From NCBI GenBank assembly GCA_013265495.1, contig MU061579.1:6858124-6922123 (forward strand): a DNA stretch of 64,000 nucleotides. The letters are read 5' to 3'. This stretch comes from Vicugna vicugna. Lineage: Eukaryota. Numbering within the stretch: the first letter of the stretch is position 1; the number at the start of each line of letters is the position of its first letter. Below, one piece after another: positions 50,030-63,860 of the stretch. The notes under the pieces are model-generated. The model worked only from the letters and a program-made list of their open reading frames with translations. It made no database searches and was not told the DNA's origin. A program made the translations under genes and the position numbers.

Positions 50030-50478
50030 TGGGGTCATAGCAAGAATCCAATGGAATACTTCAAATAACGGACTGAGGGGTTGGATAGATGGGCTGCTCA
50101 CAACGCTGTGAGCAAGCTAAAGGAACATGACAAAGGATGGTGACACTTCTCAAAACTACAGCACATTGCATGCCCTTCTCTAAGGACTGAAGGGCAAAGG
50201 GAAGAGGGAAAAGTGGTTACCAGAATGTGGCAAAAGCTATGGCTGTAGGAGAAAGGAACAAAGCATCAGCCAGACCGTGACCAGGCGGAGAAGGAGCCTA
50301 TGGAACAAATACCCTAACCTCCCTTTAACTGCTCACCTGCAGGTCTCCTCCCAGTGCCACCCCCATGCTCCCCAAGGAGAACATGGTTGATGCAGTCCAG
50401 AGCAGTTGGTCTTCCAGGACAAAGGGCAGCATGGAAAATGGTGGAAGTTATATCTGGAGTAACAGAATATCCAACACA
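50030..50478 (-). mobile_element. LTR33-like ERVL LTR
   Basis: AGGACTGAAGGGCAAAGGG...GGTTACCAGAA...TGATGCAGTCCA...GGGCAGCATGGAAAATGG...ATATCCAACACA. Confidence 0.6.
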
Positions 50479-51769
50479 GCACCAAATACATGTGAATACA
50501 AACCACAGAGAGGAACATCAGCTAAATAACATTATAGTCGCCTGTCCTCAGTATTCAGTCATTATGGGAAAATATCAGGTTTCTAGACTCCAATGGGGAG
50601 AGTGATCATATTACCTCAAAGATATGGGCTTTAAAAGATATGATTAAAATGTGAGTATGACAGATTCATATGTAAGATACCTTCTTACATACATGAGCAT
50701 TTATAAAATTCATAAGACAGTCATGGAGGTAGACTCATTATTTCAATGCAAATGAAACTATATAATCATAATTTAAGAAACACTTTCTATTACACATATA
50801 AATGTGTGTCAAGACAAATGGTTTCCGATGAACAGTTAACTTCAGTACCCTAGAGAGACAATAGGGGTAGTAATGAAAGACACCCTCAAACACATGGAAT
50901 TTTCTTCCAAATTTGAGGTCACCTTGACCCAGCTCCATTTTCTTCTCAAAGAATGCCAAGTCCACTTAGAAATACCACTACTGAGACATGGATGCCTTTG
51001 TCATTTCATCACTCCAGAAACATTTAGCCAAAAGCTAGACTACTGACAACATGTTACCAATATTTTGTCAACATTTAAATTTTTCTTCTTCAGGTGATTC
51101 ACCTTTTAGAAAACATCAACAGAAGGAGAAAATAAAATTTTCCCTAACAGACTGAGTAATGAGAGATCTAATTTTTCTTTCAGGTGAAGTCTACATAAAC
51201 CTAATTCCCAGGGAAGCATAGACCATCCCTACCCTTTACTCCAGCAGCTATATCCTAGCTCATCAATCACAAAAGCATCAACTGAAGTAGCAGCTGAATG
51301 GTCTGCTATACGTCTTTCTGTGTTCTTTCAACTGTTTCAGCCTGTGTGCCAATTGCTTTCTTCGTGGTCCTGCGTGAAACAGCAAGGCCAAGTGTATTCA
51401 TTTTGGAATAATGCTTGAGTTGTGCTTCTGGCAGCTCCTAATACAGTGATCATAAAATTTTTTCAGGCATTATGTATGTTTTCAGTCTCTAAAAGGACAT
51501 TCAGTATTGTATAAAGTGATTCACAATCAAATTTGAGTTGAGAATTTCAAAACCCAGCTTGAGATAAAACAACAACAATAAATGCCTATTGTCTTCAAGA
51601 CAAAGGCAAGAATCACTGTGGTTCATTCAGTAAACTTTTACTGTTTTTGTAATGTGCCAGGCAGAGTTCTGGTCCTCAAGTATAGAGGAGAGATGGATAG
51701 ATGTGATACAGACCCAATGTACCACTAGACAAACTGGTATAGATAATTAGAATTCAGTGTTAAGCTCTG

Positions 51770-52260
51770 TGTGTAGTCCTACCTATTTTCAATACTCTTT
51801 TTCTTTTATACTAATAGGCTCTCAATTTTAATTGCAGTGGCAATGTGATCAACTAAAAATGTTTAATTTCCTGGACTCTCTTGCCCTGAGGTGCATGCAA
51901 TATTTTTCTGCCAATGAGATAAAGGCAGAAGTCCATGGAGAGATTATTGCTTATTGAATAAGCAGTCAAAAATCTCTTTAGAATATACAACTTAGCTCCT
52001 TACAATTTTGTTCATTCCCTTTCTTCTCAAGAATGTAGAAGAGATACCAGTAAGTGCAGCAGCCATTGTACAACTGTGAGGCAACAAGCCTGGTGACAAA
52101 ATCCTAGATCCAAGGATGGCAGAGTAGAAATATGAAAAAAGATAGGCTTCCTGATGATCTCCTTGATGACCCTGTATAACCCCCTTGGAGAATGTTAATT
52201 ACATAAGACAAACTGCTACCTGTTTCCCAAGTCATTGCTAAGACAGATTTTGACAGAAGA
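51770..52260 (+). mobile_element. Old MaLR LTR (MLT1I/J-like)
   Basis: TTCCTGGACTCTCTTGC...GCCAATGAGATAAAGGCAGAAGTC...GCAGCAGCCATTGTACAACTGTGAGG...AAGGATGGCAGAGTAGAAA. Confidence 0.65.
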
Positions 52261-53003
52261 ATGCCTCATGTCCTCTAAAATACAAGGGAGGGGGCAAAGG
52301 GAAATTTTCACAAGACACACTGGCATTTAAAGTGTGAGCATCAGCTAGGAGAAAGGAAAGAGGAAGCAGTAGAGTCTAGGGGTGAAGGGGAACTGGAATC
52401 AGAATGCTTGAGTTTATAACAATGTAGTTTCTGCAGTGTGCCTCCACTTGTGAATAGTGACTCTCTCTATACTACAGTTTCCTCTTCTGTAGGAGAAGGG
52501 TAACTTTTGTATCTACTTTATAGCCTAATTGTAAGTATAAAACAATTATCACTTGTGACACTATCAAAACAGTACTTTGCACATCATATGGCAGGTGCAC
52601 GTGGGTGTACAGGGGACTGGGCAGTTGTCCTAATAGCTCTACTCCCAAAGGAAGTGGCACATTGTGCATACTGGCTGACTGTTATCAAATATTTCTAGAT
52701 GGATCTGTTTTATCAGTTAATTCACTCAGGATTCGGAAGAGTTGATAAAAAAAAATGTCCTTTCCTCAGGATTTGACTGAGCAATATACAGTTTGAAGAT
52801 TTTGCAGCGATCAGATACATGCTGCAGATGGATGCTTGAATAAGAATTTGGTTTTCATTTTGATGACTATTTATCATCCACGTGTACCTCTCCTCTCTTT
52901 CACCTCCATTCTGTTACCAGACAGTTTCCTGTTAGGTTGATCACACCCTATTCAGTTATTTCCTCTACTTGACCAAAGGTGTTTCTAATTTAGCTTCTTA
53001 ATT

Positions 53004-53573
53004 CCTACTGAGACCACTAATGAGCTCCATGACTTTGTTTTAAAATATACCCAGGATTTTGTTTTTATTCAGTATGGAGAGGCCAACAGATCAGGAAACA
53101 ATTGCCATTGAAAAAACTGTGTTATTCACAATTCCTAGAGGAATGGGTCATACCAGGTCATGCAGGGCCACACGGAGAAGCATTGGGGTCAGTCAGGAGG
53201 CAGAAGGAGCAAAGGGAAAGCATGGGTGGAAGGCTTTATTGTGATTTTTGTGGGTAGGAATGGGTGAGGCCATGTAAACAGTTCAGGATTCACTAGTTTG
53301 AATAATTTCTGTGGACTCTGAGCTATATGGGTGGTCCTTAGTTGTCTGGTACCTGGTCCTGGGATGATTAGGGCACAGGAATATTGCCTGAGAGTGTAGA
53401 AGCCAGATAGAGGAGGTGGATCTTCAGAATATGGGCTCTGGATTGGTTGGTTTGCATAGTTTATTTTGTCTAGGAATTAGCTAGCCCTGGGAGGGGCAGT
53501 CTCTTCCTAGTCACTGATGACTTCAAGATATCCAAGTAACATAGATACAGAAAATAAAAACATGATTAATACA
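53004..53573 (-). mobile_element. ERVL LTR, MER76-like
   Basis: GAGGCCAACAGATCAGGA...GCCATTGAAAA...TAGTTGTCTGGTACCTGG...GCTAGCCCTGGGAGGGGCAGTCTC...ATGATTAATACA. The LTR call is firm; the subfamily name is from memory. Confidence 0.75.
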
Positions 53574-54270
53574 GCCTTGGGCTCCAGTTTTGTGTTTGTT
53601 GATTTACAGTATTTCAGTTGTGTGTTTTTTTAATTTTTCTTCTGTGCCATGTAAATGTCCAATTCTAACACTTACAAATAAATAAGTTATACACTATCAA
53701 AAACATTTTTTTTTCAAAACAAAGCTATTCAAGTGTTCATATTGCTTTGGCTAGACTGTCTTGGGGTGTTTAATTTCCAGGTAATTGCTGTGATTTTCCA
53801 CTATGAAGAGACAGGCTTAGTCACTGAAGTCTGAATAAAGAGATACTTTCCAGTTTGTATTTAATCAAGATTAATCGTAGTTCCTACACAGTTACTACAA
53901 TTAGTATAATATATATATGTATATATTATTCTATATCATACACACACCTAAATACTGATCATCTCACCATCTTTCTCCAAATAACATCTAAAATATTTTA
54001 GAAAATACATTGTATTTTAGCGGGGGGACAGTATAGCAAATCCTGAGATAAAATACAAATATTTTTCTAATAAATATAAATAAATAAAATGCCCTTTAAT
54101 CTTCACTTTCCCTGGACTTGCAAACACCCTGTGAATAGGAAACGTGTGCTCTATGTCCATCCCTAGTATGTAACTCAAGGCTGGCACATAGTAGAAACTC
54201 AACAGTAAATATTTGTTGAAAGAATGGTGATGAAGTCAATGTAAATAATAAATAATAAGTTAATATAATG

Positions 54271-54318
54271 TAAAGTAATATAAATATGAAATATAAATAA
54301 AGTAATATAAATATGAAA
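54271..54318. repeat. AT-rich 27-bp-period duplication
   Basis: TAAAGTAATATAAATATGAAA at 54271-54291 and 54298-54318. Confidence 0.85.
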
Positions 54319-55470
54319 GTATTTTCAGTCTGTGAGGAAAACATTTCTCTAGAATTCTGCTAAAATGGCTTTAAGTGGCTAAAGTTCACTTCTCTGTTCC
54401 TTGTGGGCAAAGAAAGATATGTCAAGAACAGTCACGTCAACCAGTGTAGTTCTATACAAATCACTGCTCTTCAATTTTCCCTACCAAAACTCCCACCACT
54501 CCCAGTCACAATCCAGCCAAAACTCCCAAATCATGAACTCATATTAACTTGACCTTATATTTATATGACTAGGTAGAGTTTAAATGGCTCTGTTAGTATA
54601 TGATCTCATTTAAATTTCACAACCACCTTGGGAGGTAATTAAGATGGGCACATGCCCAGGCATTTAAACACTCATGAGCTCCAGAGATTTTGAACATCAA
54701 AAAAAAAATCATCTTAGAATGAGTGGAAATCAGACACTTCATTAAGCTACTACACTCAGAAATCTCAGCAGTGGAAGAGGCCACTCAAATTATCCTGTCC
54801 ACCTACAGCTTGAATGAAAAAGAAAACATTTGCTCTGAAGGTTAAATAATACACCCAAATAGCCAGTGAGCACCAGAGCAGTGACCGAAATTCAAATTGC
54901 CTTCTTTTTCTCAGCCTGTCTAGTTGTAAGTGGTCTGTCAGAACTGTTGATATAGTAATAAAGTTGCTGACTTTGTCTTGTTTGAAGTCCTCTATGAAAG
55001 TATCTGGCCATTTTGCGTCCTCAGTCTGTCTTTCTCACCCTAGGAGATTACCTACAGCTCCATGCCTCAGCTTTTCTCCACCTTCCATAACTTGAAAAGC
55101 AGTCTAATAAACTCATTCACTGGCTCTCCAGCAATAAAAGCCCTGTTTTATAAACTTTGCCAATTTCTGTGATGTAAATCCTCCCACCATTGCTAATTTC
55201 AAGGATGACCATCTTTAACAATGGATTACAAAATTCCTGGAAAAAACTTAATAACCAATGATGAAGACTATTTATTACCATTGTGAAAGATATTTGTATT
55301 TACTAAAGGCAGTGCTACTCCCCAAAGTATCTTCCTACTGGGAGTATCACTTCACCTGGAAGATAGTTAGAAATGTAAATCCCACTCCAAACTGGAATGG
55401 TAGGACTCAGGGATTTCTATTTTAACAAGCATTTAGGTTAATCTTGTGCATACTTAGGTTTGAGAAGCAT

Positions 55471-55700
55471 GGTATTAGTTTGCAAGGGTTGCCATAAAAA
55501 AGTACCATAGCCAGGTGGCTTAAACATGGTCTATTCTCAGTGTGTGTCTGTATCCTAATTGCCTCTGCTTATAAGGACAAAAATATTAGATTTGGGCTCA
55601 CATCAATGAGTTCATTTAATTTTAATTACCTCTCAGAATCTGAGGTAATGGGGGTTAGGACTTCAACATATAGATCTGGCGTATACAATTCAGCCCAGAA
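55471..55700 (-). mobile_element. Internally deleted MLT1B-like LTR, preceded by a MER5A-like MITE (~55310-55470)
   Basis: GTATTAGTTTGCAAGGGTTGCCATAAAAAAGTACCATAG...GGGGTTAGGACTTCAACATAT...ACAATTCAGCCC. Confidence 0.7.
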
Positions 55701-58364
55701 GAGTGTCCAGAGAATGGCAGTAATTATGAAAAGAACTCAGTAGCTATATGAAAAAATTCACACCATGTGATATTAGTTTTTATTAACTATTCTGTTTGCT
55801 CCTCTTATGAAATCAGAGTTAGATACACTACTTAGAGATACTTGCACTGAGCAGATCTCATTGATACTAGACATCATTTTGGTGCCCAAATTCAGCTCCA
55901 TCACAAAATGTGAGCTAAAGAGGGACTCTTTCTGGTTGGTGTACTTCCTCTTACAGTATCAGGCATTAAGAGCTGTTTTGCAAGACCCTTAGATACCCAG
56001 ACACACAAATACATAAAATAAAAGTGAAAAAATAATACATTCTCCATTTTTAGTATAATTAAGTCTGCTATTTAGGGTCACTCATTTATCAAACTCTGAT
56101 TTTGGAATATTTAATTATTCTACTTCATCAGATTTGTTGAAATGAGTCCAGTAGGGGCATTTGGGGCAGTTTATCCTAAAAGAAACTATGCTTTAAATTT
56201 ATATATAGTGTTGCATTAGCAGTCTCACATTCTGAAACTGTTCATAATAAAGTTATATTCTAGGAGTTTTCCAAAATATTCTTCAAGACTTCTGTTGTGA
56301 ACATATATTGAATTCTTGCACATACAGAATCATTCCAAGTCTTAGTGCCATTCATATCATGAATTTTTTCATATTTTGTATATGAAGGAAGGCAAGTGAA
56401 AAATGGTTTTTTCTAAATTAAAGTAAAAGTAGAAAATATCATATCACTCCATGATCCCAAAATTTGTCAGGTGGCTTCAAAGAGGAAAAAAACACATCAC
56501 TATTAGCAAAATCCCCAGGCACAAACTCTGACATATCGCCTTTGATTACATCTAATGCATCACATGTTTTTTGTAACTAGATCTGACAGTTCCCATGGTA
56601 TATTAACCCAAAACTATTCAAATACTTCAGTGCAACTTGCCTTTCTGAATTTAGGGCACCAATTTTTTCAAGCAAGAAGGATAAAAGGTTTTCTTATTCT
56701 TCCTAGGGATTCCTGAAAAAAAAACCCATAGCATCCCAGAGGTAGAAGGGATGTTGGTGTTCGTGTAGTTCAATTTCCCACTTAATTGGGAATTCCCTCT
56801 ACACTAGTGCTACCAAGCTGTCCCCAGTCTTTGCTCGCACACTTTTTATGACAACACAATTGCTGCCTTTGTAGGCAACACCCATTGGCACTATCCTCAC
56901 TACAAAGCAGCATTAATTTGCTGACTCACACACAAATTACAAATCAGATACTTGAACCCCACTTTAAGAACCTTTTACATCTCTCTTCTGAATTAAAAAA
57001 AAATCCTTAAATATTCCCCAAATAACTTTTGAGTGCCTCTTTACCCTCAAAACAGAGACATGTTTATGATACAGTGATTAAAAAATGGAAAAATACACAA
57101 ATTCTTTCCTTGAAACTATGTTTTCTCAGCTATTACCTTAGTTTTCTTCTTCCATAAAAATCAGTGTCTGGAAAAGAGTATCATATACTTGGTTTTACTT
57201 CCTCACTTTGCCTTAACTTTGGAAGCAATTGGGCTGCCACCTCTACAACATCACTGAAAGCATTATTCAGTATTATCCCTCTACGTTTCTAAAACATCTC
57301 AATACTCTTGATTCTGCATTTCTTTTTACAATGTTCTTCTCTTGTTTTCTCTGACAACAATTTTTATTTATTCTCACCCATGTCTCTGGTCAATCCATTG
57401 CAGAATCCTTCTTGGACTTGTCTTGCTTGTTCACTCCTTTATACTTACCCAAGTTTATCTCTTATATTTCTCCTTATTTTTAAGCCAAAAAGGAAAAAAA
57501 ATGGCCCTCAGGATGTCTATGAACCCCCAAAACTTGTATCCAAAATTTTGTATCTGTATGTGTGTGCATATTTTTAGCATTAAAAGTATTTACTGAGTAC
57601 TCAAAGACTTCCTGGAATGAATTTCTACATTGCTTCTTGCATGAGTGCCTCCACTTGTAGGACATCAGCTACCTCAGGTACCCATCACTAGGCAGCTCCA
57701 CTGATAATCTCTCAAGTGCCTCAAACACAACAATTCAGAAGCAAATCTCTATCTTACCATCACCACTAAATTTGTCTTTCATACATTATTGACTGTCTTT
57801 TTGAATTCCGGCACTCCATCTAGTTGTCCAAAATATAAACCAAGGACTAATACATAGCCCCTCCTCCCTACTCTCCAAATCTAATCGGTGGTGAAGCCCC
57901 TCAGTTAGACCCCTTTAACGTCTTCAGAATTCATCCCCTCTCCATCCTTACAAGCTGCCTTACTTCAGGGTGCCATCATTTCTCAAGCCAATTAGTCCAA
58001 CACATCTCTGATTGGTCTCCCTGTCCCAAAATTTACTTCTCTTCAATCCGTTCTCTACATTTATGCTAAGTGTTTTACGCCAAATTCCATATCAGATCCA
58101 GGCACTTGGCTATTTAAATTCTTTTTGTAGTTTCCAACTGTCTTCAGTGTAAAATCCATATGTCTTAAATAGTACGCAGTGCTTTTCATTACTTCTGCCT
58201 GAATATTCAGCTAATCTCTTGCCACTCTCATCTTCGTATCTCTTGCATTTCTCCTTCTAGTGCCTCCTTACTCCAAGCATTCTCTGCTACCCTCTCCATC
58301 CCCAGTCATATGGTTAACTCCTACACATTCTTCAAAACTCAGCTGGGGTATCACATCATCCACT

Positions 58365-59400
58365 CCTTCATTCATTCAGCTAATGTTTATTAGGAGCCAT
58401 CTCTTTGCCAGATATCATGAAGACATCGTATAAATAAGATAAATGTAATCCTTGTCCTCCCAGAATTTATCTTCTATCTGGAAAAGCATTCATACCAATC
58501 AGTGCATAATTAGTTGTTTTAAACAGCAATTAAAACAACAATAAGTGATTTTAGAAGGAAATATAAGGTATACTGAGAATATGAATATGGTCCTGATCTA
58601 GACTGGGATATCAGGGGAACTTTTCCATGGAAATCAGATTTAAGCTGAGACTGGAAAGATCTGTAGTTGTTCTTGGGTGAAGTAGGGGAAGGATTCCAGG
58701 TGAAGGGAACAGCCTATGTACTGTGCAGAGGTCTTGAAACAAAAATGTTCATGTCGTACTGGAGGAACTGCAGTATGACTGCCGCTCAAGGTGTAAGATA
58801 CAGAGCGACACAAGTTGAGTGTAGAAACATAAGAAGGGCCAGGTTATGCGAGATTTTGGAATCTTGTTAATGATTTAAGTCTAATTACAAGAATAATAAA
58901 TAGTCCCAAAAGGGTTTTAAGTAGGTAAGTGATATGATTAGATATGCCTTTTTATCACTCTGACTTCTGTTCACAGAATGGATAGGCTAAATGAATAGAG
59001 TAGATACAAAGATGGCTTTCAAGAAATTAGTGTAAGAGTTTAGGCAGGGTGATACTGGTAGCTTATACCAAATTAATGTTGCAGTTAGAAAACAGAAAAA
59101 TATAAAAGTTGTTTGGAAGGTAAAACTAACAGAACTTGATAAAGGACTTATATGGCAGTTAAAGGAAAAGGATATTAAGGGTAACACCTATGTTTCTAGT
59201 TTGTACAACCAGGGGGGTGATTATGCCATTCATTAATACAGGCAACACTGAAAGAGGGGCAAGTTTCACAGGACAGTATAGTTTCCAATTCATTAAACTT
59301 GGAGGTGATGTTAAGTAAGCAAACCTGAAGGGCACAAGTAGTCATGTCAAAGTTAAAAACATTAATTTAAGAGTCAGTATATGGGTTGTAATTAAAATTC
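58365..59400 (-). mobile_element. L2 3' fragment
   Basis: TTCATTCATTCAGCTAATGTTTATT head; TTAAGCTGAGAC, GAAGGGAACAGC, GGGCCAGGTTATG and GATATGATTAGAT motifs in reverse L2 order. Confidence 0.8.
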
Positions 59401-59444
59401 AGAGTTGTCATCAGCCCAGAATATGAAACAATAATAATAAAACT

Positions 59445-59670
59445 AATAATAATAGCCAATGTTTTTCAAGATTTTATTACATACTTATCACTTCCTTAAT
59501 GACTTAGCAGATATTAATTCATTAAATCCTCACAAAAGCCTGTTGATAGGTGTGAGTATCATCCCATTTTATAGATAAGAAATGTGAGGCTCAACGAGAT
59601 TGAATGAATTGATTCAAGTCACACAGTGAGTTAAGTGGCAGAGTATGGATTCAGACACAGTCAATGTCAG
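59445..59670 (-). mobile_element. MIR SINE, interrupted by L1 (resumes at ~62636-62662)
   Basis: CATTAAATCCTCACAA...CCCATTTTATAGATAAGAAATGTGAGGCTCA...AGTCACACAG...AAGTGGCAGAG. Confidence 0.85.
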
Positions 59671-62619
59671 CTATTTAGGTCAGCAAGATGGCAGAATAGG
59701 AAGTCTCATCACTACTTCCTCAACAGAAACACTGACTTAACAATGATATAGGGACCAAAATACCTTTAAGAGAAATCCAGAATCCAGTTAAGAAGTTGCA
59801 GTACCCTAGTCAAGATAAAAATTTAGAGCAGACACTTTGAAGTAGGGAACAGACCCATTTAAGATGAAAACAAAGAAGTATACACCAAGATACATTATGA
59901 TCACATTGTCAAAAGTCAAAGATAATTTAAAAGCAGCAAGAGAAAAGCAACTCATCACATACAGTGGAGGCACTATAAGACAATAAGCAAATTTCTCAGC
60001 AGAAATCTTGCAGGCCAGAAGGAAATGGGATGATATATTCAAAGAAATATATGTTCTGAAAGAAAAAATTTCCAACCAAGAATACTATACATGGTAAAAC
60101 TCCCCTGCAAAAGTTAGGCCAGCATGACTTAGATAAATCCAAACAAAGACACTACAAGAAAGGAAAACTTCAGGCCAATATCCCTGATGAACACAGATGC
60201 ACAAAACTTCAACAAAATGCTAGCAAATTGAATTTAATAGCACATGAAATGGATCATACACCATGGTCAAGTGGAATTTATCCCTGAGATGCAGGGATCT
60301 TTTCACCATACACAAGTCAATAAATGTGATTCACCACATTAACAGAATGAAAAATTAGAATCACATAATCATCTAGATAATCGATGCAGAAAAAAACTTG
60401 GCCAAATTCAACACCCTTTCATGATTTAAAAACTCTTAATAAACTAGATATAGAAGGAATTTATCTCAACATAATAAAGGCTGTGTATGAAAAGCTGACA
60501 GCGAACATCATACTCAACCATGTAAAACTGAAAGCTTTTCTTATGATCAGGAACAATGCAAGAATGCTCACTTACCACTTCAATTCAACATAGTACTAGA
60601 AATCCTAACTAGAGATATTTGGCAAAAAAAGAAATACAAGATATACAGATTGGAAAAGAAGAAGTAAAATCATCTCTGTTTCCAGATGACATATAGAAAA
60701 CCCTAAAGACTTCACACAAAAAACCAACCCTGGAACTAATTTAAAAGAAAAACTCAGTAAAGTTGAGAGTACGAAATCAATGTCCAAAAATCAGTTGTAT
60801 TTCTGTACACTAACAAGGGACTATCTGAAAAGGAAATTAAGAAAAAATAACATGTACAATAGCACCAAAGAGAATTAAATACTTTGGAATAAACTTAACT
60901 GAAGAGCCATGTACACTAAAAATTATAAAACACTGATGAAAGAAACTTAAAAACACATAAATAAATGGAAAGACATCCCCTGTTCATGTATTGGAAGGCT
61001 TAATAACATTTAAAAGCATACTAGCCAAAGCAATCTACAGATTCAATACAACTATCAAAATCCCAATGGTATTTTTCACAGAAACAGAAAAAGCAATCGT
61101 AAAATTTGTATGGAGACAAAAAGAGACCCTGAATAGCCAAAGCAGTCTTAAGAAAGAACAGACCTGGAGGCATCACATTTCATGATTCAAAATATATTAC
61201 AAAGCTACAGTAATTTTAAAAGTATGAGACTGGCATAAAAACAGATGTATAAACCAAAGGAAAACAATAGAATCTAGAAATAAATCCAAGCACATATCGT
61301 CAACTTACCTTCAGCAAGGATGTCAAGAATATATAATGTAGAAAGAAGAATCTCTCCAGCAAAATCATGTTGAAAAAAATGGATACCTCTAGACTAAAGA
61401 ATGAAATTGGACCCTTATCTGACACCAGACACAAAAATAAACTCAAAGTGGATTACAGATTCAAACACAAGACCTGAAACTGTAAAATTCCTAGAAGAAA
61501 ATATAAGGGAAAATCTTTGTGACATTAGTCTTAGCAAGGATTTCTCGGATATGATACCAAAAGCATAAGCAAAAAAAGCAAAAATATGTAAGTGGGATTA
61601 TATCAAACAAAACAGCTTCTGCATAGCAAAAGGAAACAATCAACAGAGTGAAAAGGCAATCAGCAGAATGGGAGAAATAGTTAAAAACCATGTATCTGAT
61701 ACAGAGTTAATATTTAAAATATTTAAAGAACTTTTACAACTTAATGGCAAAAACAAAACAAAACAAATAACTTGATTCAAAAATGGGCAAAGGACTTAAA
61801 TGGACATTTCTCCAAGGAAGACATAAAATGGCCAACAGGTATATGAAAAAATACTCAATATCACTAATTATCAGGAAAATGCAGATCAAAACCACAATGA
61901 GATATTGCCTTACACTTACCATATGGCTAGTATCAAAATATATATATAAGTGTTGGCAAGGATATGGAGAAATTGGAATCCTCATACAATGTTGGTGAGA
62001 ATATAAAATGGTGCAACTACTTTGAAAAACAGTATGAGAGTCCCTCAAAAAGTTAAAAATAGAACTACTATATGATCCAGCAATCCTACTTGCAGGTAGA
62101 TATCCAAAAGAATTGAAATCAGGATCCCAAAAAGGTATCTACCCTTTCTTGTTCACTACAGCATTACTTAACAATAGTCAATATATGGCAATAACTTAAG
62201 TATTTATTGGTGGATGAATGGATAATGAAAATGTGGTAGATACATACAGTGGAATACTATTCAGCCTTTAAAAAGAGGGATCATGCCATTTGTGACAACC
62301 TGATGAACCTGGAGGACACTATGCTAAGTGACATAAGTGAGTCACAGAAGGACAAAGACTGCATGATTCCATTTATATGAGGAATCTAAACTGACAAACT
62401 CAGAAACAGAGAATAGAATAGTGTTGCCAGCAGCTAGGGAAGGGGAAGTGGGCAGTTGCTGTTCAGAGTTTCAATCATGCAAGATGAGTAAGTTCTTAAT
62501 ATCTGCTGTACAATATTGTGATTATAGTTAACATTATTGTACACTTCAAAAAATTTTAAGGAGGTATCTCATGTTGTATTCTTACCACACAAAAACAAAG
62601 AAACAAAAACCCCTCACAT
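59671..62619 (+). mobile_element. L1MA9/L1MA10-like element retaining its 5' end, with two large internal deletions
   Basis: 5' CAAGATGGCAGAATAGGAAG; ORF1 piece ~59850-60110; ORF2 from the RT-proximal GCCAGCAT...AGGCCAATATCCCTGATGAAC to the 3'UTR. TSD ACACAGTCAATGTCAG (59655-59670) / ACACAGGCAGTGTCAG (62620-62635). Confidence 0.9.
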
Positions 62620-63619
62620 ACACAGGCAGTGTCAGTCTAAAGCCCAAACTCATAAACACTAACCCAATTTTGGCATATAAAAAGTACAAAGGAAGTATCT
62701 TCTGATTGACTGAATGAAGTCATATTTCTTGCAAGCTATTCACCATCCTGATTTACAGACCCTAACAATCCTGTAGTAGTTTCCAGTCACTACATTTGTG
62801 ATAAAATTAAATCTGTAAGTTTTTTCTCACAAATTATTGCCAAACTAGGTTGCACTCTTCTGTACTCATCTAATTAAAGATTTAATCTCTGAGAACAATG
62901 TTATGGTTACAAAAGCTACACTTCATGGCCTTACTTTTGCCCTGCTGCCAAATTACCAAATTCACTTTGAATCCTCACGATTGTCAGCATTAAAGGGGGG
63001 ACCCAGTATGTGTGCCCTTATTTACTCTTCCTTGTACTGATTCGACAGAAAAATTAGATCAAAAACTAGTGCAAATGATAAATTGGAATAGCACTTTTTT
63101 TATTTATAAATAAACATTGTAAAGTTAGCTTAAGAATAAAGCAATGATGTCATCCTGATACTGAACCCCAGAAGGACACAGTTTGCCACCCCATCCTACA
63201 CAGCACTAGACAACCAGTAGCCTCCCTGCAAAGTCATCTGCCCCTATTAAGCTTCCAGCACAGAGAACAAAGGTGAATGCATTTATCTAAAGGTATCTGA
63301 ATTGCTAGAGCAAGAAGGAGGAAGAGCTAGGGCTACCCCCACCCAGATCCTTTCCCAAACTCAGCAATTTTCACAGAGAGGAAAAAGGGGCAAACAAAAA
63401 GAAAGGAGAAAGGACAGACTGTATAAATTTTGATGTTCTTCTACAGAGAAGACATGTAAATGTAAAAATGGGTAATATTTGTCCATAAATACAAAAACAA
63501 TGATATCTGATTTGTTTACCTTACAGGATTGCTGTGATAATTGAGACAATTAAAGTAAAAATCATTTGAAAAAGATAGAACACTATTAACTTGTAAAATA
63601 GATTGATTTTTATTTATAC

Positions 63620-63860
63620 CCAGGCAATCCTGAGTTTCAGTCCTGCTTCTGCCAGCAAATAACTGCGAACTTGGGCCAGTTACTTAACTTCTCAAGTTAC
63701 TCATCTATAAAATAATATTTACCTCGGAGTGTTTATAAGCCTTGTGAAAATAGTGTGTGTGAAGTTGAATATGCAGTGCTTATGATATGGGAAGCTCAGA
63801 AGATTTGTAGTAGTAGCAATAGTAGTAATACTAGTAATAATAGTTACTATTTACTATTAG
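63620..63860 (+). mobile_element. MIR SINE with (TAG/TAA)n tail
   Basis: CCTGAGTTTCAGTCCTGCTTCTGCCA...TTGGGCCAGTTACTTAACTTCTC...CTCATCTATAAAA. Confidence 0.8.

Noticed and set aside
51075..51200. Two polypyrimidine-CAG acceptor-like sites (TTCTTCTTCAG|GT, TTTTCTTTCAG|GT)
   Set aside because: No matching donor or open frame was found; such motifs are common by chance and need RNA data.
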